NCBI RefSeq assembly: GCF_026571515.1
Contig: NW_026864100.1
Coordinates: 62,001-126,000 of the forward strand
DNA from: Ruditapes philippinarum
Taxonomy: Eukaryota
Direction: 5' to 3'
Length of the DNA: 64,000 nt
The notes under the pieces are model-generated. The model was not told where the DNA came from and searched no databases. It saw only the letters and a program-made list of their open reading frames with translations. Positions 50,497 through 64,000 of the stretch are shown here, in pieces. Both the position numbers and the translations under genes were made by a program. Every line of letters begins with the position of its first letter. The first letter of the stretch is position 1.

Positions 50497-53400
50497 AATA
50501 ATCATAAAATAATCTGTGGGTGGTTTGACGTTAAATATCTAATTTCATCCATTTAGTGTCAGTCTTAAACTGAGCTACGTCTGAAATTACAACAATATTA
50601 ACGATTATTTAAAGATGTTTAAGACCACTTGTAATAACAAGAGCCAACCGTATGGCAATGCGCTCGACAATCACCAGTAATTGATTTCAGGAAAAAAACA
50701 AGTCGCGATACCAGCAAGTATTTAACATTTCCAAGGAGCATCTCAAATGATATAGGAAATTTGAGGAGTGGCAAATTTTATTTTGATAAAGGCGGGAAAT
50801 GTTTTCAAAATTCTTGAAAAAGTTACCTCGTTTTGTCCGGAAGTGGGTATGACGCTTAGTTGCAGGCATTTAATGTTTCAAAGTAATACCTCAAAGTGGT
50901 ATAGTTTGTGCATAAATTCATCACATAGTTATATCATCTTGCTTAAAAGTTTATATGACGGTTATAAAGTCAAAGCAATGAATTAAAGGTAGTGTGGTAC
51001 GAACAAATTAAAAAAAAAGTATGACCCCCGACGCCTGGGTTATTTAGATAGCCCTTTGATATAAACGGCGGCATGTCCGAGTGGTTAACGTGTCGGACTA
51101 GTAATCTAAGGGTTGCCGGGTTTAAACCCCGTCAGTGGCAGACCGTTGCTTCCTTAAGCAAGAAACTGCATTAATTGCTCAGTATTAATTAATTCCAGTA
51201 ACGTATTTGAGAATGTTTCAATAAGGTTATACCTTAAAAGTTAAACTCACCAAGCGCTACTTTCTGAACCATTTTGAATGTTGATTACAATCAAACTTGC
51301 GTCAAAATAAAGGCATTAAGAAGGCCAAAAAGACTGATCGTGTCATTTTTACCATGCACATCAACAAATTCCGAGACAGGACGTAAACACATCACACATC
51401 GTTAACCATTGGAGCTGAAATGTCAATATGTTTCACATAATTAACAACAAATTTGAAATGATGCCATTTTAGATACTAGGAGTTGATGTTGAGAAAATGA
51501 TAGCATTTAATCTGTCATCCCTAAATTTATTCTACAATTGCATGCAAATATTTGACAAACTGTTCTCATGGGAGAAAATTGCAACATTATATGTAATTTT
51601 ATCAAAATTACTTTAAAAAATATCTTGGATGCACAATGGTACCAGTATATTTGAACTCGTCATCCTTGTCAGTAATATCAATTTATAAATGCTAAAAAAT
51701 CGCATTTAATCAAATAATAATTTCAAACACGAGTACATATTATATTATTACCTTAATATTATTTTCGTGCATTACTTGAATTTGATATCAGGCGACTTTC
51801 GCTTGTAAGAAAATGAACATGTTAGATACACACTGAAGTTTTAGGACTAGTATGAGCTTTATTTGTTGACTGACTAAAAATCCTTGAATGCACTCGATAT
51901 GTAAAGTAAATAAAATATAATTTAATGACATCATGAAATAAGATGAAAATATAATAACTTAAAGATTAAATATAAAATAAAATATGACTTATAAGTGAAG
52001 CTATTAATTAAAAGAATAAACACTTATCATTTTCATAACGACAACATTCGCCATTTTCTAGATGAAACATTTTGTATGTAAACATCTTAAATCAGACTGG
52101 TTTTATAAAAAAGATACCTCACATTTTATTTCTAAATACATTTGTACGCTCGTAATACGTGTCACAGGATCATTTGTCATTATATGTACATTATTTCCTA
52201 TATAGTGCATTTCGAATTAATATATTCTGCTTGCAACATTTTCACATTTACAATTTTGCCGTTTTGGGCGTTTGTTAGGGATTCTGTTCAGTTAAAAAAC
52301 AACCAAGATATTTCCTGACGATGAAATGTTTACTGAGAAATTGTCAATGATTCTGTCTGTAAAGGACTGAAATACGATCTGAACATTTTATCAGCTTTGT
52401 CAAAAAAAAGTGAAAAAAGTGTGTTGTAACAAAATTAGATTAATCAACATATAATGTTTATTCGTTAAACTATTGCGAAACTTAGTACAAAACCATGTAT
52501 AGGCCAGGTTATCTTCAACTGTAAAGCAGGAAAAACATATACCTGATATCCTAAAGAAACCATAGTAGGTGTTATTCCAATTAACCTAAAACAAGAAATG
52601 ACTACATATATTTTGTTTTAACAACTGTAAGACATTGTCTAGGGTATGTTGCAGTAATTAGGAACCAATTTCATAAACACGATACAAAACATGTGATAAT
52701 CATTGTGTAATGAGCATGCGGACAGCTTGTTGAAACACATTCAATTCTATTTTCCACATTCTAAATCTGGCCAGCTAGTCTAATTTTTACACAAATAACA
52801 ATCTACTAAGACATCTATATAAACTAACTACAGTGAACGTTAACACTGATAATCCTTTCTAAAAACGAATTGTTAATGGTTTGAATGAACTGACTGATCA
52901 AAGCAGTATCTTGCCAAAGTTGTGGTTTGGCATCTTTCAAGCGACTCAACGAGCCAAGTTAAATGTCAAAAACTAGTACGATAACACAATATGTTTGTTT
53001 TCACAGTGATTAACCATAATGCTATATCTGGCAAACATACGAGGGATAATCCAGAATTACCCGCAATTTGTTTATGTCAGATAATATTCATGATTTCCTT
53101 ATTAAATGTATATCTGTGTAAAGTACAAAGATCTATCTATTTAATTGTAAAGTTTAACTGTTTATATAAATATCGAACATAATTATTCACTCAACAAAAT
53201 CATAGGTACTCATTGTGCAATGCATACAGTGGCAAATTCTTCAAATTCTTTTAGCGTGCCAGCCTATTGTCACAACATACGGAATGCGCATTATTGCATT
53301 ATTATATTTGCTTAGGATATGCATGAGCTGATTATAATGTGCGTAATTGTTAACCGTGTTCAGATAAAAATACCATCCCTATAATCTATGTTTTAAATAT

Positions 53401-53877
53401 ATTGTTATAAGCTATTTGCTAAAGAGAATTCAAAGAGGCTTGTGTTCTTATAATTATTAACAAAATGATATTAGCAATATACATGTATTTAATATGTGGT
53501 GCGCTAAGTGTAAAATAGCGCGCTTTTTAAATGCGTTATTATTTTTAGCTATTTATGATTAAAGCCATCGGTGATGCATTTATTTACCATTCTTCTCCTT
53601 ACAAAAAAACTCTTAAGACCATTTATATCGGCTTAATGTGTGTTATAAAATATTTTTGATTGATAAAATCGTGTGGTTATTGTCCAATTCGAAAGAAAAC
53701 AAATGATTTTTGAGGCAAATAAACAAACAAATAATCAAAATGTTTCGTTCGACATTTCGTCAATATTTAATAGTATTTTTCATAATAAGATACTATGTCG
53801 TGGCCACGAGTTACTAAGTCGTGGCCACGAGATAAATAACCAATCAGATTACACTATTTATATGAATTTCCCTAATT

Positions 53878-54312
53878 AACTAGACATGTGCTATAGTACA
53901 GAATGCCCCTACTTCACCAGCCTGTAAAAGTCCCATTTATACAACATATTGACTGGTCAATAATTTTACATTTAGCGTCACTGTGACACTGACTTTTGAC
54001 CCAATGGCCTCAAAATTATTTGATGTCATGTACTGATCAGGTGCAATGATCTTTCTGGCTTATATAAACCATGGCTTATCCCTACTAAATTATTCATCTG
54101 ACAAGGATTTTACATGAAGTGTCATGGTTACCTTGACCCTTGACCTCAAACATCCTTATAGGCTATCTACTGTCCATGGGCAATGTCTCTTCCAAACAAA
54201 ATAAGCCAGGACTTATTCCTTCTCATGTTATCGTATAAACAAGGTTAACAGGCCGTAGTACGTACAAACTGACCAATTCGATCACAAAATTGTCCCAAAA
54301 AAGGGCTATAGT
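53878..54312 (-). mobile_element. Degenerate Helentron-type HINE
   Basis: AACTAGA end, tgacct(t) core repeats, terminal gtccc..aagggctata remnant; absent from copy A. Confidence 0.5.
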
Positions 54313-54699
54313 CAAAATTAATGTCTGATATACCTTGGAAGGTGACTTTCTAATATGATCCTAAAGACATGTTCAAAGTGAAGAGCGTCAGTATTTTCAA
54401 AGATTATTGTTGCATGTAAAAGTAAGTTGTTAAGTTTAAAAAAATCATAATATATATATAGTGTATTCTGACTGGTTAATTATCTCGTGTGCACGACTTA
54501 GTTATCTTATCTTAAGTAAAAATGATATGAAAATTTTGATAAAAGCTATTTACAAATAAAATGATACCTGACATTGCCCATAAGAATTATTTCAAAAGAT
54601 TACTGAAATATAAGTAAACAAAGTGACATATACTGTTTTAAGGCTGCAAAAGTATTTTAAACGAAACATTAATAGTTAAAACATATCTTTTAAGCTTCC

Positions 54700-57150
54700 G
54701 GGTTTTTTCATTTTATTGGTTAAAAACATTAGAAAAAAACAGTTTTAGGGCGGATTTTTTCACGGGCTTTATTTTAAATTTGGCCCGGGGAAAAAACTTA
54801 GGAGGCTAAATTCTAAATTTAATTGGTTTATTGTTCGCTAAAAAAAATTTTTTGGTGAAAAAAAAAAAATTTAAAACCGTTTTTGGGTTAATGTCAATTA
54901 TTTTTTTTTCCCTTTTAAAAAGTAAAAATTTTTTATTTAAATTAAAATTTTTTTTTTTTGGGTTTTATTTTTTTGTAATTAAAGGAAAAAGGATAATGAT
55001 TTAAAATTTTTTATGGGGGGGAAAAAGTTTTTTGAAAATACAATTTTTATCTTTTTTTTTTTTTAAAAATTTTTTAAATTTTAAAAAGGCTAAAAACGCA
55101 ATTTTAAAAATTTTTTTATAAAGTTTTTTTTTTTGTTTTTAATTCCCAAAAAGAAAAACCAACCTTTTAAAAATCAACTTTATAAGGAAATCAAAGGGGT
55201 TTAAAAACAGGCACTAAAACAAAAATTTTTAAATTTTTATTTTTTTTTTTGGGTTTTTTTTTTTTTTTTTTTCCCCTAAACCCCTATAAAAAATGGGACG
55301 GGATCCCCAAAAAAAAAAAAATTTAATTTTAAAAATTGATTTTTAAAAATTTAAAATTTTATTTTGAAAAATTTTTAGTTTTGGATCCTTTTAAGGTTTT
55401 TTTTAAAGGTTTTTGGTAAAAAAATTTTTTCCTAACTTTTTTTTGAAAACGAATTTTTTAAAGAAACAAAAAAGTAAAAAAAGTCGGTGTTTTAAAAATG
55501 TTTTTTCTTGTAAATAAAATTTATTGATTTTTTTTTTTTTTTTTAAAGGATTTTTTCTTTTTTCTTTTATTTTTATTTAACCCGGAAAAATAAATTTTGG
55601 TTAAATTTTTTTTTTATGCTTTAATTAGTGTTTTAAAAAAGGAAACTTTTTTAAAAAAAATTTTCCCAAACCCCAAAAAAAAAATTAAATTTTTGAATTT
55701 TTAAATTGTTCTTAAAAAATCCTTTAAATTGAAAAATTAAATTTTCCCTTTATTTTTTAATTTATAAAACCCGCCAAAAACTTAAAATTTTTTTTCATTC
55801 CCTTCATAATGGTTAAAAAACTCCCCAAAATCGATTCCAAAAATTTTTAAACGTTTTAAACCCCTTTTTAAAAAAAGGCTTGAAAAAAAAATATAAATTT
55901 TAATATTAAAATTTTTTAAAAACTTCTTTAAAATTTTAAAAAAGAAAATGTAAAAAACTTTAAGGGGCCCAAAATTAAAAATTTTAAAAAATTTAAACAA
56001 AAAAAAAAATGATTTTTTAAAACCCCAAAAAAGAATAAATTGTTTTCTTTTAAATGAAAATTTTAAAAAAAAATTCAAAAAAACATTTGAAAAAATTAAA
56101 TTCCCCATTTTTAAATTTTTTTCATTGTCCTAAAATTTGTAATAAAAAAATTAAATTAATTAAGAGAAGTTTAATTTAATGCCTTTTTCTGCCCTTTTTC
56201 CCAAATGTTTTTATAGACAAAATAGGAATTAAAGAAGTTTTTTAAAAAAACCAAAAAAATTTTAAAAAAAACACCCAATATTAACAAAAAAAAAAATAAA
56301 AAAAAGGAAAAATGGGTAAAATAACCCAAAAAATTAAAAAAAAATTTTAAAATGTCGGGGTTTTTATATCATTTTTTGGGAAGTCGGGGAAGTTTTTCAA
56401 AAAAAAAACGGGGAATCTTTGGGGGAAGTTAAACAAAAAGGGATAGAGGCCCCTTTATAAGGGGCCCTTTTAAAAAAAAAAATTTTTCTTTTTTGTTTTT
56501 TTTATAATATGGTTTGTCCCCAATTAATTTTGAAATGATTTTAAATAAAATAAATTTAAAAAATAAAAAAAAAGCCCGTTTCTTTTTTTCCCCAATTAAT
56601 TTTAAAAAATGTTACCTTTTAATTTTTTCAAAAAGCGGTGTGTTTTAAAAAAATTAAGGAAAAAAACCTAAAGGTTTTTAAAAAAGGTAAAAAAATTTCC
56701 CCGGGTTGCTTCCCAAAAAAAATCCAAAAAAAGGGATTTTTTTTTGGGTTTTTAAACCTTAAAAAAAATTTATATTTTTTCATTGCCGAAAAAAAAAAGG
56801 GTTTTTTTTTTTTTGAAAAATTACATATTACTAATGTCCCCCTTTAAAAAAAAAAAAAAAAATTAGGTTTTTTGCAAAAAAAAAATTTAGTTGAAGATTC
56901 CCCAGGTTTTTCTTATTTTTTTTTTTTTTTTTTTAAAAAATTTTTTCAAACGTAACAAAAATTCCCGGGGTTTTTTTTTTTTTATTTTAAAACCCAGTAA
57001 GGGAATTTTTTAATTATAAATTGTTTTAAACCATATCAAATTACTTTTAAATTTTTTATGCCTAGAAAATTTTTAACATTTTCCAAGTTAGGGATTTTTT
57101 CAAAATTTAAATTGTTTTTGTTTTTTTAATATTGTTTTTTTTTTTTTTCT
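54700..57150. other. Homopolymer-inflated, low-quality sequence (probable assembly artefact), paralogous to ~39000-42780
   Basis: Abrupt switch to A/T/G/C runs; residual anchors to copy A (cctataaaaaatgggacgggatcccc vs gctatacaaaaatctggagaaagggtgatccct; aagggattttt..aaccttaa vs aagggattttgtgcgtattaaccttaa). Confidence 0.8.
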
Positions 57151-58755
57151 GTTCATGTCATGTCGGTACTGGAAAGTACCAGTTACCGTCCATACCCCAT
57201 AGAACCGGCTTGAACAGAATTCAACATTTTATCACCAATATGGTAAAGTTTTGAATTTAGAAACATCCGGAAATGTGCTCTTACGACAAACCATACTTTC
57301 AGTGAGAGAGCTACATCTTATCGGTAACAAAGACAATTACCGACCCTTCGTTATTATCGTATTGTGTTATTACAAATCCTACTTAAAAAAGACGTTTTAT
57401 TTCTAGTGATTATATCTAGAATGCAGCTGGAATAAATACCGATATAGTTTGGATCATAATTTACATTCCATGTCTAATAAAAATAACTTGTTGACACAAA
57501 TGAATACATACCGACATCAATAAAGTTATGTCATACGATTTAGTTGAAGTTTAGATGTGATGTTATATCGTTTTGTGTCTACCGAGTTCACAATACAGCA
57601 CCGCCTACTATACGGACACAAAGCAGCTCAAATCTTTAGGTACTTAAGCTTATTAAGGGATAGACAACTATATTAAGAAGTGATTGTTACATTAGGTATT
57701 CAGTTACTCAGTTCTTACTGGAATGCGGTAGACACTGATTTGGCAAGTTTATGTCATTGCTTTTATGCATTAAGCAAATACTGACGTAATTATAACTGAT
57801 AGCTTCAAAGCTTTTTATCTAAATTGCTCAGAATAGTTCGCCTTTCTCTAGTAAATCACGGAATAAATAAGATGGCCAGACAATGTTAACCATTCCCTTG
57901 TGCGCTGAATAATCATTCTGGTTTACCTCCCAGATATATTAGTTTGTCCTATATACTGCTACGATAAAAATATAAAATGCATGAATATGATATAAGCACA
58001 ATAATACACAAAGGTATTAGACAACATAAAGATAATTGTTGTATATTTTACAAATAACAGTAACTGAACGATGGTCTGACAAGCAAAATTCATTGACTTC
58101 TTTGAAATTAAACGATATTATAGGGATCTTACAACGGTTTCCGGTACAGACAGATATATCTAGCTCGAGGGTTTACGGCGGTAACGAGTCTCTGCAAGAA
58201 TTGCAAAGAGGAAGATATAGATATCTATGTCCTGAGGGCAGTGGTCTACTAGAGGGTTTAATAATAGTTTATTGCATATATAAGTATACATCATTTTTTT
58301 AATATCAACATAATTACACAATACTAATAATACATACTAAACGGTTGGTTCAACAGATTTTAGAAGATTATTGTGGGCTCTTCCCTGACATGCTAGTAGA
58401 ACGTGTGTTTTAATAAAAAGGTAAGAGTCAAATAAGGACACAGCTAATCTCTATGACCAAGTCATCCGGATATAAATTGTACCTAAAACTGTGTAGAATA
58501 TTTGCACAATATTGCTGCAAAAAGCAGTGACAAACTCTCAAGTGAGAAAGGTACTTACATGATGTAACTCGGAATCAAAATTTAAACTTAAATTTTTATG
58601 TTAAATATTGAATTCTGCTTAATCCGATGCTAGGGGCATGGACTGTAGCTTGCGTTTATCTTTACTGTCCGTGGACAGGCTCAATCAAACCGAGCCTGCA
58701 AAATTTTCAATATTGTCGTGTTGGACTTTCTTTCGGGATTCAGTTTTCTCTATTT
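57150..58755. mobile_element. Old long-TIR DNA element, copy B, with intact right TIR
   Basis: Right TIR ~58570-58755 is inverted relative to 42775-42940, 811-905 and 9631-9725. Confidence 0.65.
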
Positions 58756-61700
58756 TACATATAAAAATTGAATCATTTATCTATATGTCTAAGTTTATAT
58801 GTTTAGAACATCAAGTAAAAAACATTTATAAATGAAAATCATCTGATCATAAATCACTCGTATTGATTGTCCTGAAAGAAACATGATATCTAAATAACAT
58901 ATAAATGTCCGTTTTTTCCACTGTTTGTCTTATAACACTTTTTCGGAATCAATATCACATCAATCATTCTCATATCACTAAGATTTTATATCATTTTGTA
59001 AAATTTGTAAATCATAGGGCAAAGCTAAAGAAGTAAGTTATGTTTTAAAATAACATATTTCATATCATACAAGATATATATTATCAAAAGATCATAGTAG
59101 TCAGAAAAGCAATTTTCATAAGTTATTCTTTGCAAGACAATGAAAAGATGAATAGACAAACACAAGCATTCATCGAAATAATAATATGAAAGTCACATCA
59201 CATTAAGGATAGGCAAAATGTATAATATTACAATATGAACCTGTACAACACAAATTTCATAGGAAAATAAAAAACATATTTGGCGTGTAATAACTGAGAT
59301 GATACATCTACACATCCTTAGTTAAAACGACATCGTTTTTAGTTAAAGGGAGATCATATATATTCGGAACTTTATATTCAATTTTCACTCTAGCTTCCCT
59401 TACTGCATTTCTGTAAACGTTTACATGCGCAAGTTTACGTGCACAGTCGTGCCGTAGTTGAAGATGAACATTCACGAATACGGGATAAGCTGAAGTAATA
59501 TGAAATTAGACAAAGCCTATGATCGGTGAAGTCGGTTAAAATAATCGTTCATTTTTACTTTACATTTTCTGTTTTAAAAGTGCCATTCGGTATTTTATAC
59601 ACTGCTTCCGTTTATTCTAGTTCCCTGTCCTATTCTAGTCTCCATATTTGTGCACAGGGGACCAGTCTAGGAATCCGTTTTCAATCAGAATTTCGCGGCT
59701 TTTATTCCCTGCGGGCCGGAGCCGGCAGGGTATTGGTACGCCTTTAATTTTTAGGCATGGAGGAGCACGTGACCTGTTTTTGGTACATGGAGGAGCATGT
59801 GATCTGTAAACCTTACATGATTGGTTAATTGACCTTTTCGAAAACCTAGCTAAATACTGTTTGCCGGGACGTTACGGATTTACCTATAGGGAATTAGTCC
59901 AAATCACACCTAATTAAGAAAATAACATTATTACGTGATATTTCTAATTTTCTATTATTGTTTTACCGTTTAACTTGTTTATAGTGAAAATCTACAGAAT
60001 TAAAACATTCGTAGTGGCAGCTGTCATAATAAGTAGAGATATTTTCCGCGTAAACGTGTGTGTTTGTGTTATTTTTTTTTTGCACGGAATTATTCATACA
60101 ATTGTATTTAATCATTTTCTTTAAAAAAAAATTGTTTTATTTTCGACCTTCTCCGGTCTTTAACGGACACCAGCCTCCAAAGACCTTCTTCTATTGATCG
60201 ATTATTGTCACAAACGTTTTTGTTTTGTTTTTTTTTCTTTTTTTCCCAAACAATGTTGAAAAAAAATTAAACGAAAAATCTTTAAATCATTAAAAATATT
60301 TCCCGCAGGAAACCATTTTACTTATCATTATCTTGTAAGTCAAAAAGTTGCGATTGGCAATTATCGGAATACACCGCCGTTTATCATTGCGTTTCGGTAC
60401 CCAACAAGAAATGATACTGAAAATTTCGCTGATAGGTATGAAATTCTTTATGTTTTTTCTTCTTCTTTTTTTTCTATTTAAATATACACGTGTAGACCAT
60501 AGCCGGGCAAGCCAAAGCTTTGCGGCCCCGGGCTTTGACTTCCACGTATTAATACACGTATCTACAATCCATCATTATAGAAAAAAACAAGTATCAGCAT
60601 TTCCATAAATGCTTGGAATCACCGTTCAGCCATTTATATAGAAATAATATTTCATTTCTTGCCAAATACCTTTATTGTGTGTGGTCAAAACATAAAGCCA
60701 ACAAAAATGCTTGTTTTATTCTACCATTCCGTTCGAGACGTGCTAAGTTAGATTCTGAGATATTTTTTGTTCTTGGTCAGAATGTAGGAGATATTGCCCA
60801 TAAGAAAAATATCACATTATCTTAACGCGTAGTACAATTAGTTAGACTTTACTGTGTATATGTCACTATATTTTGTTATCATGTGATATTGAATTATTCG
60901 CCTCGATTGGCTAATGGCAGGCGGTGTACAGGTAGAACTGTTCATATCTTGTAAATTGTATAATAGTTCGCCGTCCAGGAACGGCAATAAAGAAGTCAAG
61001 TACGGGTCAATCTTTATATTGTCACTTTAGACAAAGAAGAAGGAAACTGATGTTAACACTGGTTAGGGACTACTGGTATATGCGTCTGCTATGTTTTCTC
61101 TCTCGCTTATATTATTACCAAAGCCTTTAAAAGCAACAATAATCAAGCATTTTATTGATAATTTTAGTTCTTATAATGTTTTCTTTTCATACAAAACCGA
61201 AAAATATCTCACATACACTAAGGCCACAGATTTGATCAATATCAGTAAATAAATTATTGGGGACAACAACAAAACGATATCATACTTTACCTAATTTTAT
61301 TTTATAGTCATACATAGTGGCATACTAGTATGTAATTTATCTCACTGAGTAATGTCTTAGTTAATCTTTGGCATTTTATGGGCACGACTCCATTAATAAA
61401 AGCCAAAAGGTTTGGATACCGGGCATACAAAACCCTGTTAGGGCATCCATAGCAAAGCAAACAAATGACACAAAATCAAAACAAGCAAATGGAACAAACT
61501 GTATAGCTTTTTGGAACAGTATGTTCTAGAAAATCATTGATCAAAGCTGTCCAAGCAATACTAGTCTTTCAATTCTTCATTCACAAAATAGTCAATTTTC
61601 ACAAATGTATATATGAGCAACAACAGTGCATTGGCGCTGTTGCGCGAAATTGGTTCTGGGAAGCAGAAACCAGTATCGCCAGTATCACAAAATGTCTATT

Positions 61701-62256
61701 CGCCGGCCGCCACTAGACTTCGGATGGTGAACGGGAGATTTCCCGTTTTCCAGTCGAAGGCTCCGCCAATAACATAAAATATTGGCTTCGCCAATATCAT
61801 ATTATTATTGGCTCCAGCGAATTGAATACTTAAAAAAAAATTAGTCGTGCCCAGCCATTCTATGATTTATAATACAACACTGCCATGTAGGTAATTCAAC
61901 TTTAGCAAATAAAGCAGCATTCCAACAAATATGCATATACTAGCGCTCATAAATCAAATATGACACTATCTGAAAGACAATAATTTGGGTAGTAACCATC
62001 AAGATCTCGAGTTCAGTGCCATTTCTCCTGACATGAATATAGCAAAAACATTCAAACTGCTCCAAATATGTGCTAGCTAAATGTATATACATTTGACAGT
62101 GCATTTTTCGAGATATTAATTTAGCAATAACGTTAAAACTGCTTCAAATATGTGCTAGATACATGTATACAATAAGTGCATTCAATCAACGTGAACTATA
62201 AATTATGCATCAACACGTCAACTTTTCAAATATACATTTCCTGAACCACCCTATGC

Positions 62257-62605
62257 CATAGGTGTTCGGCGCGCTGATCGGCCACCCACCCCACAACCCT
62301 CCCAACCCCCAAAACCATGTAAACTGCAGTATTTTTCATTTGAAACATGTTTTAATATTTGGTATATGCTTTTAATTCAATTACCTTCATTTCCCACAAA
62401 AATGAAAAAAAAATTGATTTATATATACATATTTAGTAAAGGTATGCAACTCGCTGCACATTTTTCAGCACTCATCTTTATATGAACTCCATAACTCCAA
62501 CGTTTTTCACCAATTTTCAATATTATGGTTCTGAAAGGTTGGAGGGCCGCAAAGTGGGCGAGGGGCCCCCGGGGGCAGCCACCAACCAACGTGCCGAAAC
62601 ATATG
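62257..62605. mobile_element. Degenerate hAT-like MITE
   Basis: Imperfect TIRs CATAGGTGTTCGGCGCG / CGTGCCGAAACATATG; candidate 8-bp TSD ccctatgc / cccaatac (6 of 8 match). Confidence 0.4.
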
Positions 62606-64000
62606 CCCAATACAATAGTGACCATCAAGATCGTGAGACCTGCATGACTCTGAGGGCAGATATTTCCAATTGCACTCCATGGGTTCGAATCCTTCCAATT
62701 CAACCGACATATTTAATAATATAACATTAATCAGGTCTCCATTTGTTTTTAAATCGCATGATGTAAACACTTACATTCCATGCGTATAGAAAACTAGCAA
62801 CAATTTAATGCATCATATCTTCGACAAGGCAGAACGCTGGTATTACATTTTAAGTATGCTTAGCAGCTATTGTCATTAGAATAGCATGCACTATTAACGT
62901 GTTAGAAATTGTCCTAATTTTTTACCCCACAATCGACATAGGTTGCCACAATTGTACATAGGTTCGAGCTATATTTTTCAATTTGCAGCATTTCACACCA
63001 CCCATCCTGGTCAGTCCTGGACTGTCTTTCTTACAACTGTGTGAAGCGCTTATTTAAAATAGGTACTTATACTAATATACTTAACTGAGCTGTAAAAAGA
63101 TTTGAAACCATTAATAGATTTTATGGAATATTTACTAATAAAATATCTTTATTGGCCAAAAACATACTAAATTCCCAAACTCCAAGAATAATGGTTTAAG
63201 CTTTTTGTTGGACATAAATTATACTGCCAGTGTTATAAGCAATTACACAAAATATTCTTTCACTGGTCAGTTTGCAGCATCCAGCTATACTGTCAGTTAA
63301 AAGTTGTTTGATTCTGTATTGGTTATTAGTCAATTCAACCAATTAATAGACTTAAATAAACATTGATTATAATAATACACATGTATTTGCATTTTATTTT
63401 AACTGAAAGCCACACTGCAATACAGAAAGCATTTGCTGATTATCAGCCAAGACATTTTTGATTATCAAATTAAGTAGCTGCTGAAAAAAATATAGCTTAA
63501 TAATATGGTAATTTAAGTTTTGAACAAAGTGAAACCTTAGAACATTGCCAACGTATTTGCATCATTTTATTTAAACATTGTAAAGTTAGTGTTTTTTAGT
63601 GTGCCTTATTATGTTTATTGTTAATAAAATAATCCAGACAGAAATCAACAAAGTTTATTACCATGAAGATAAATAGGCACTCATTTTAAGAACAAAAATT
63701 ATATAAATATCAAGAGCTTAGATGGACTCTGAAGTGCATAATAATTTATTACAAAATTATGAAAATATTTGTACATTTAATTGACACTAATAGAATGTAA
63801 ACAGTATTAAACAGTATGTAATAGATATTTTTGACATAATGCATAATGCCCATCCAAGGCTTTAATTATAATGAGTGAACAGGTGAAAGTCAAATAAGTT
63901 TACATCTTGCCATAATTCCTTTCAATTTTATAATGTACTTTCCATTTATGAACGATAAATCAATGCCATTGGAAATTACCCAAAATGTTCAATTTATAAA

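Larger units (their letters stand above)
45354..58640 (+). repeat. Tandem segmental duplication 2, copy B (contains the mariner cluster and a corrupted segment)
   Basis: See copy A. ccgtcaaaagtggaacta[mariner]ttattaggttatc aligns to ccgagaaatgggtggaaatatatataaggttatc at 35815. Confidence 0.9.

Noticed and set aside
50116-50501. R/V/T-rich ORFs on both strands
   Set aside because: GC-rich MITE interior made of TGTCGC/GCGACA motifs.
55782-56847. K/F-rich ORFs
   Set aside because: Translation of homopolymer-corrupted sequence.
59343-59747. TTAAAGG..CCTTTAA Kolobok-like ends
   Set aside because: Complementarity barely extends past 7 bp.

Overview
AT-rich eukaryotic genomic DNA, most likely a bivalve mollusc (inferred from the repeat repertoire). 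There is one host protein-coding gene: a spliced, apparently intact class A GPCR on the + strand. It has six coding exons at 16185-22982 encoding 306 aa (TM1-TM7); the N-terminal exon(s) were not securely located. It resembles CCAP/neuropeptide-S/vasopressin-superfamily receptors but carries DRA and NPIAF in place of DRY and NPxxY. The rest is tandem segmental duplication (about 1-7765 vs 8404-13815; about 35815-45353 vs 45354-58640; an older pair about 27980-29170 vs 33620-34810) plus layered transposable elements. These are: a 5'-truncated CR1-type LINE; a dead DD34D mariner carrying three nested insertions (a foldback with ~500-bp TIRs and a 5-bp TSD inside its left TIR, a tRNA SINE, and a 371-bp TRIM whose LTRs are built around a tRNA-like Pol III cassette); several TAY..RTA/6-bp-TSD (IS3EU-type) foldbacks, one with a TTAA-flanked Kolobok-like MITE at its axis of symmetry; Helentron-type elements; and SINE remnants. 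The stretch 54700-57150 looks like unpolished, homopolymer-corrupted sequence. There is no CRISPR array, rRNA or genuine tRNA gene. I see no convincing wholly new biological system. The best leads are the tRNA-LTR TRIM, the atypical GPCR, the axis insertion and a 133-bp perfectly conserved SINE-derived block.
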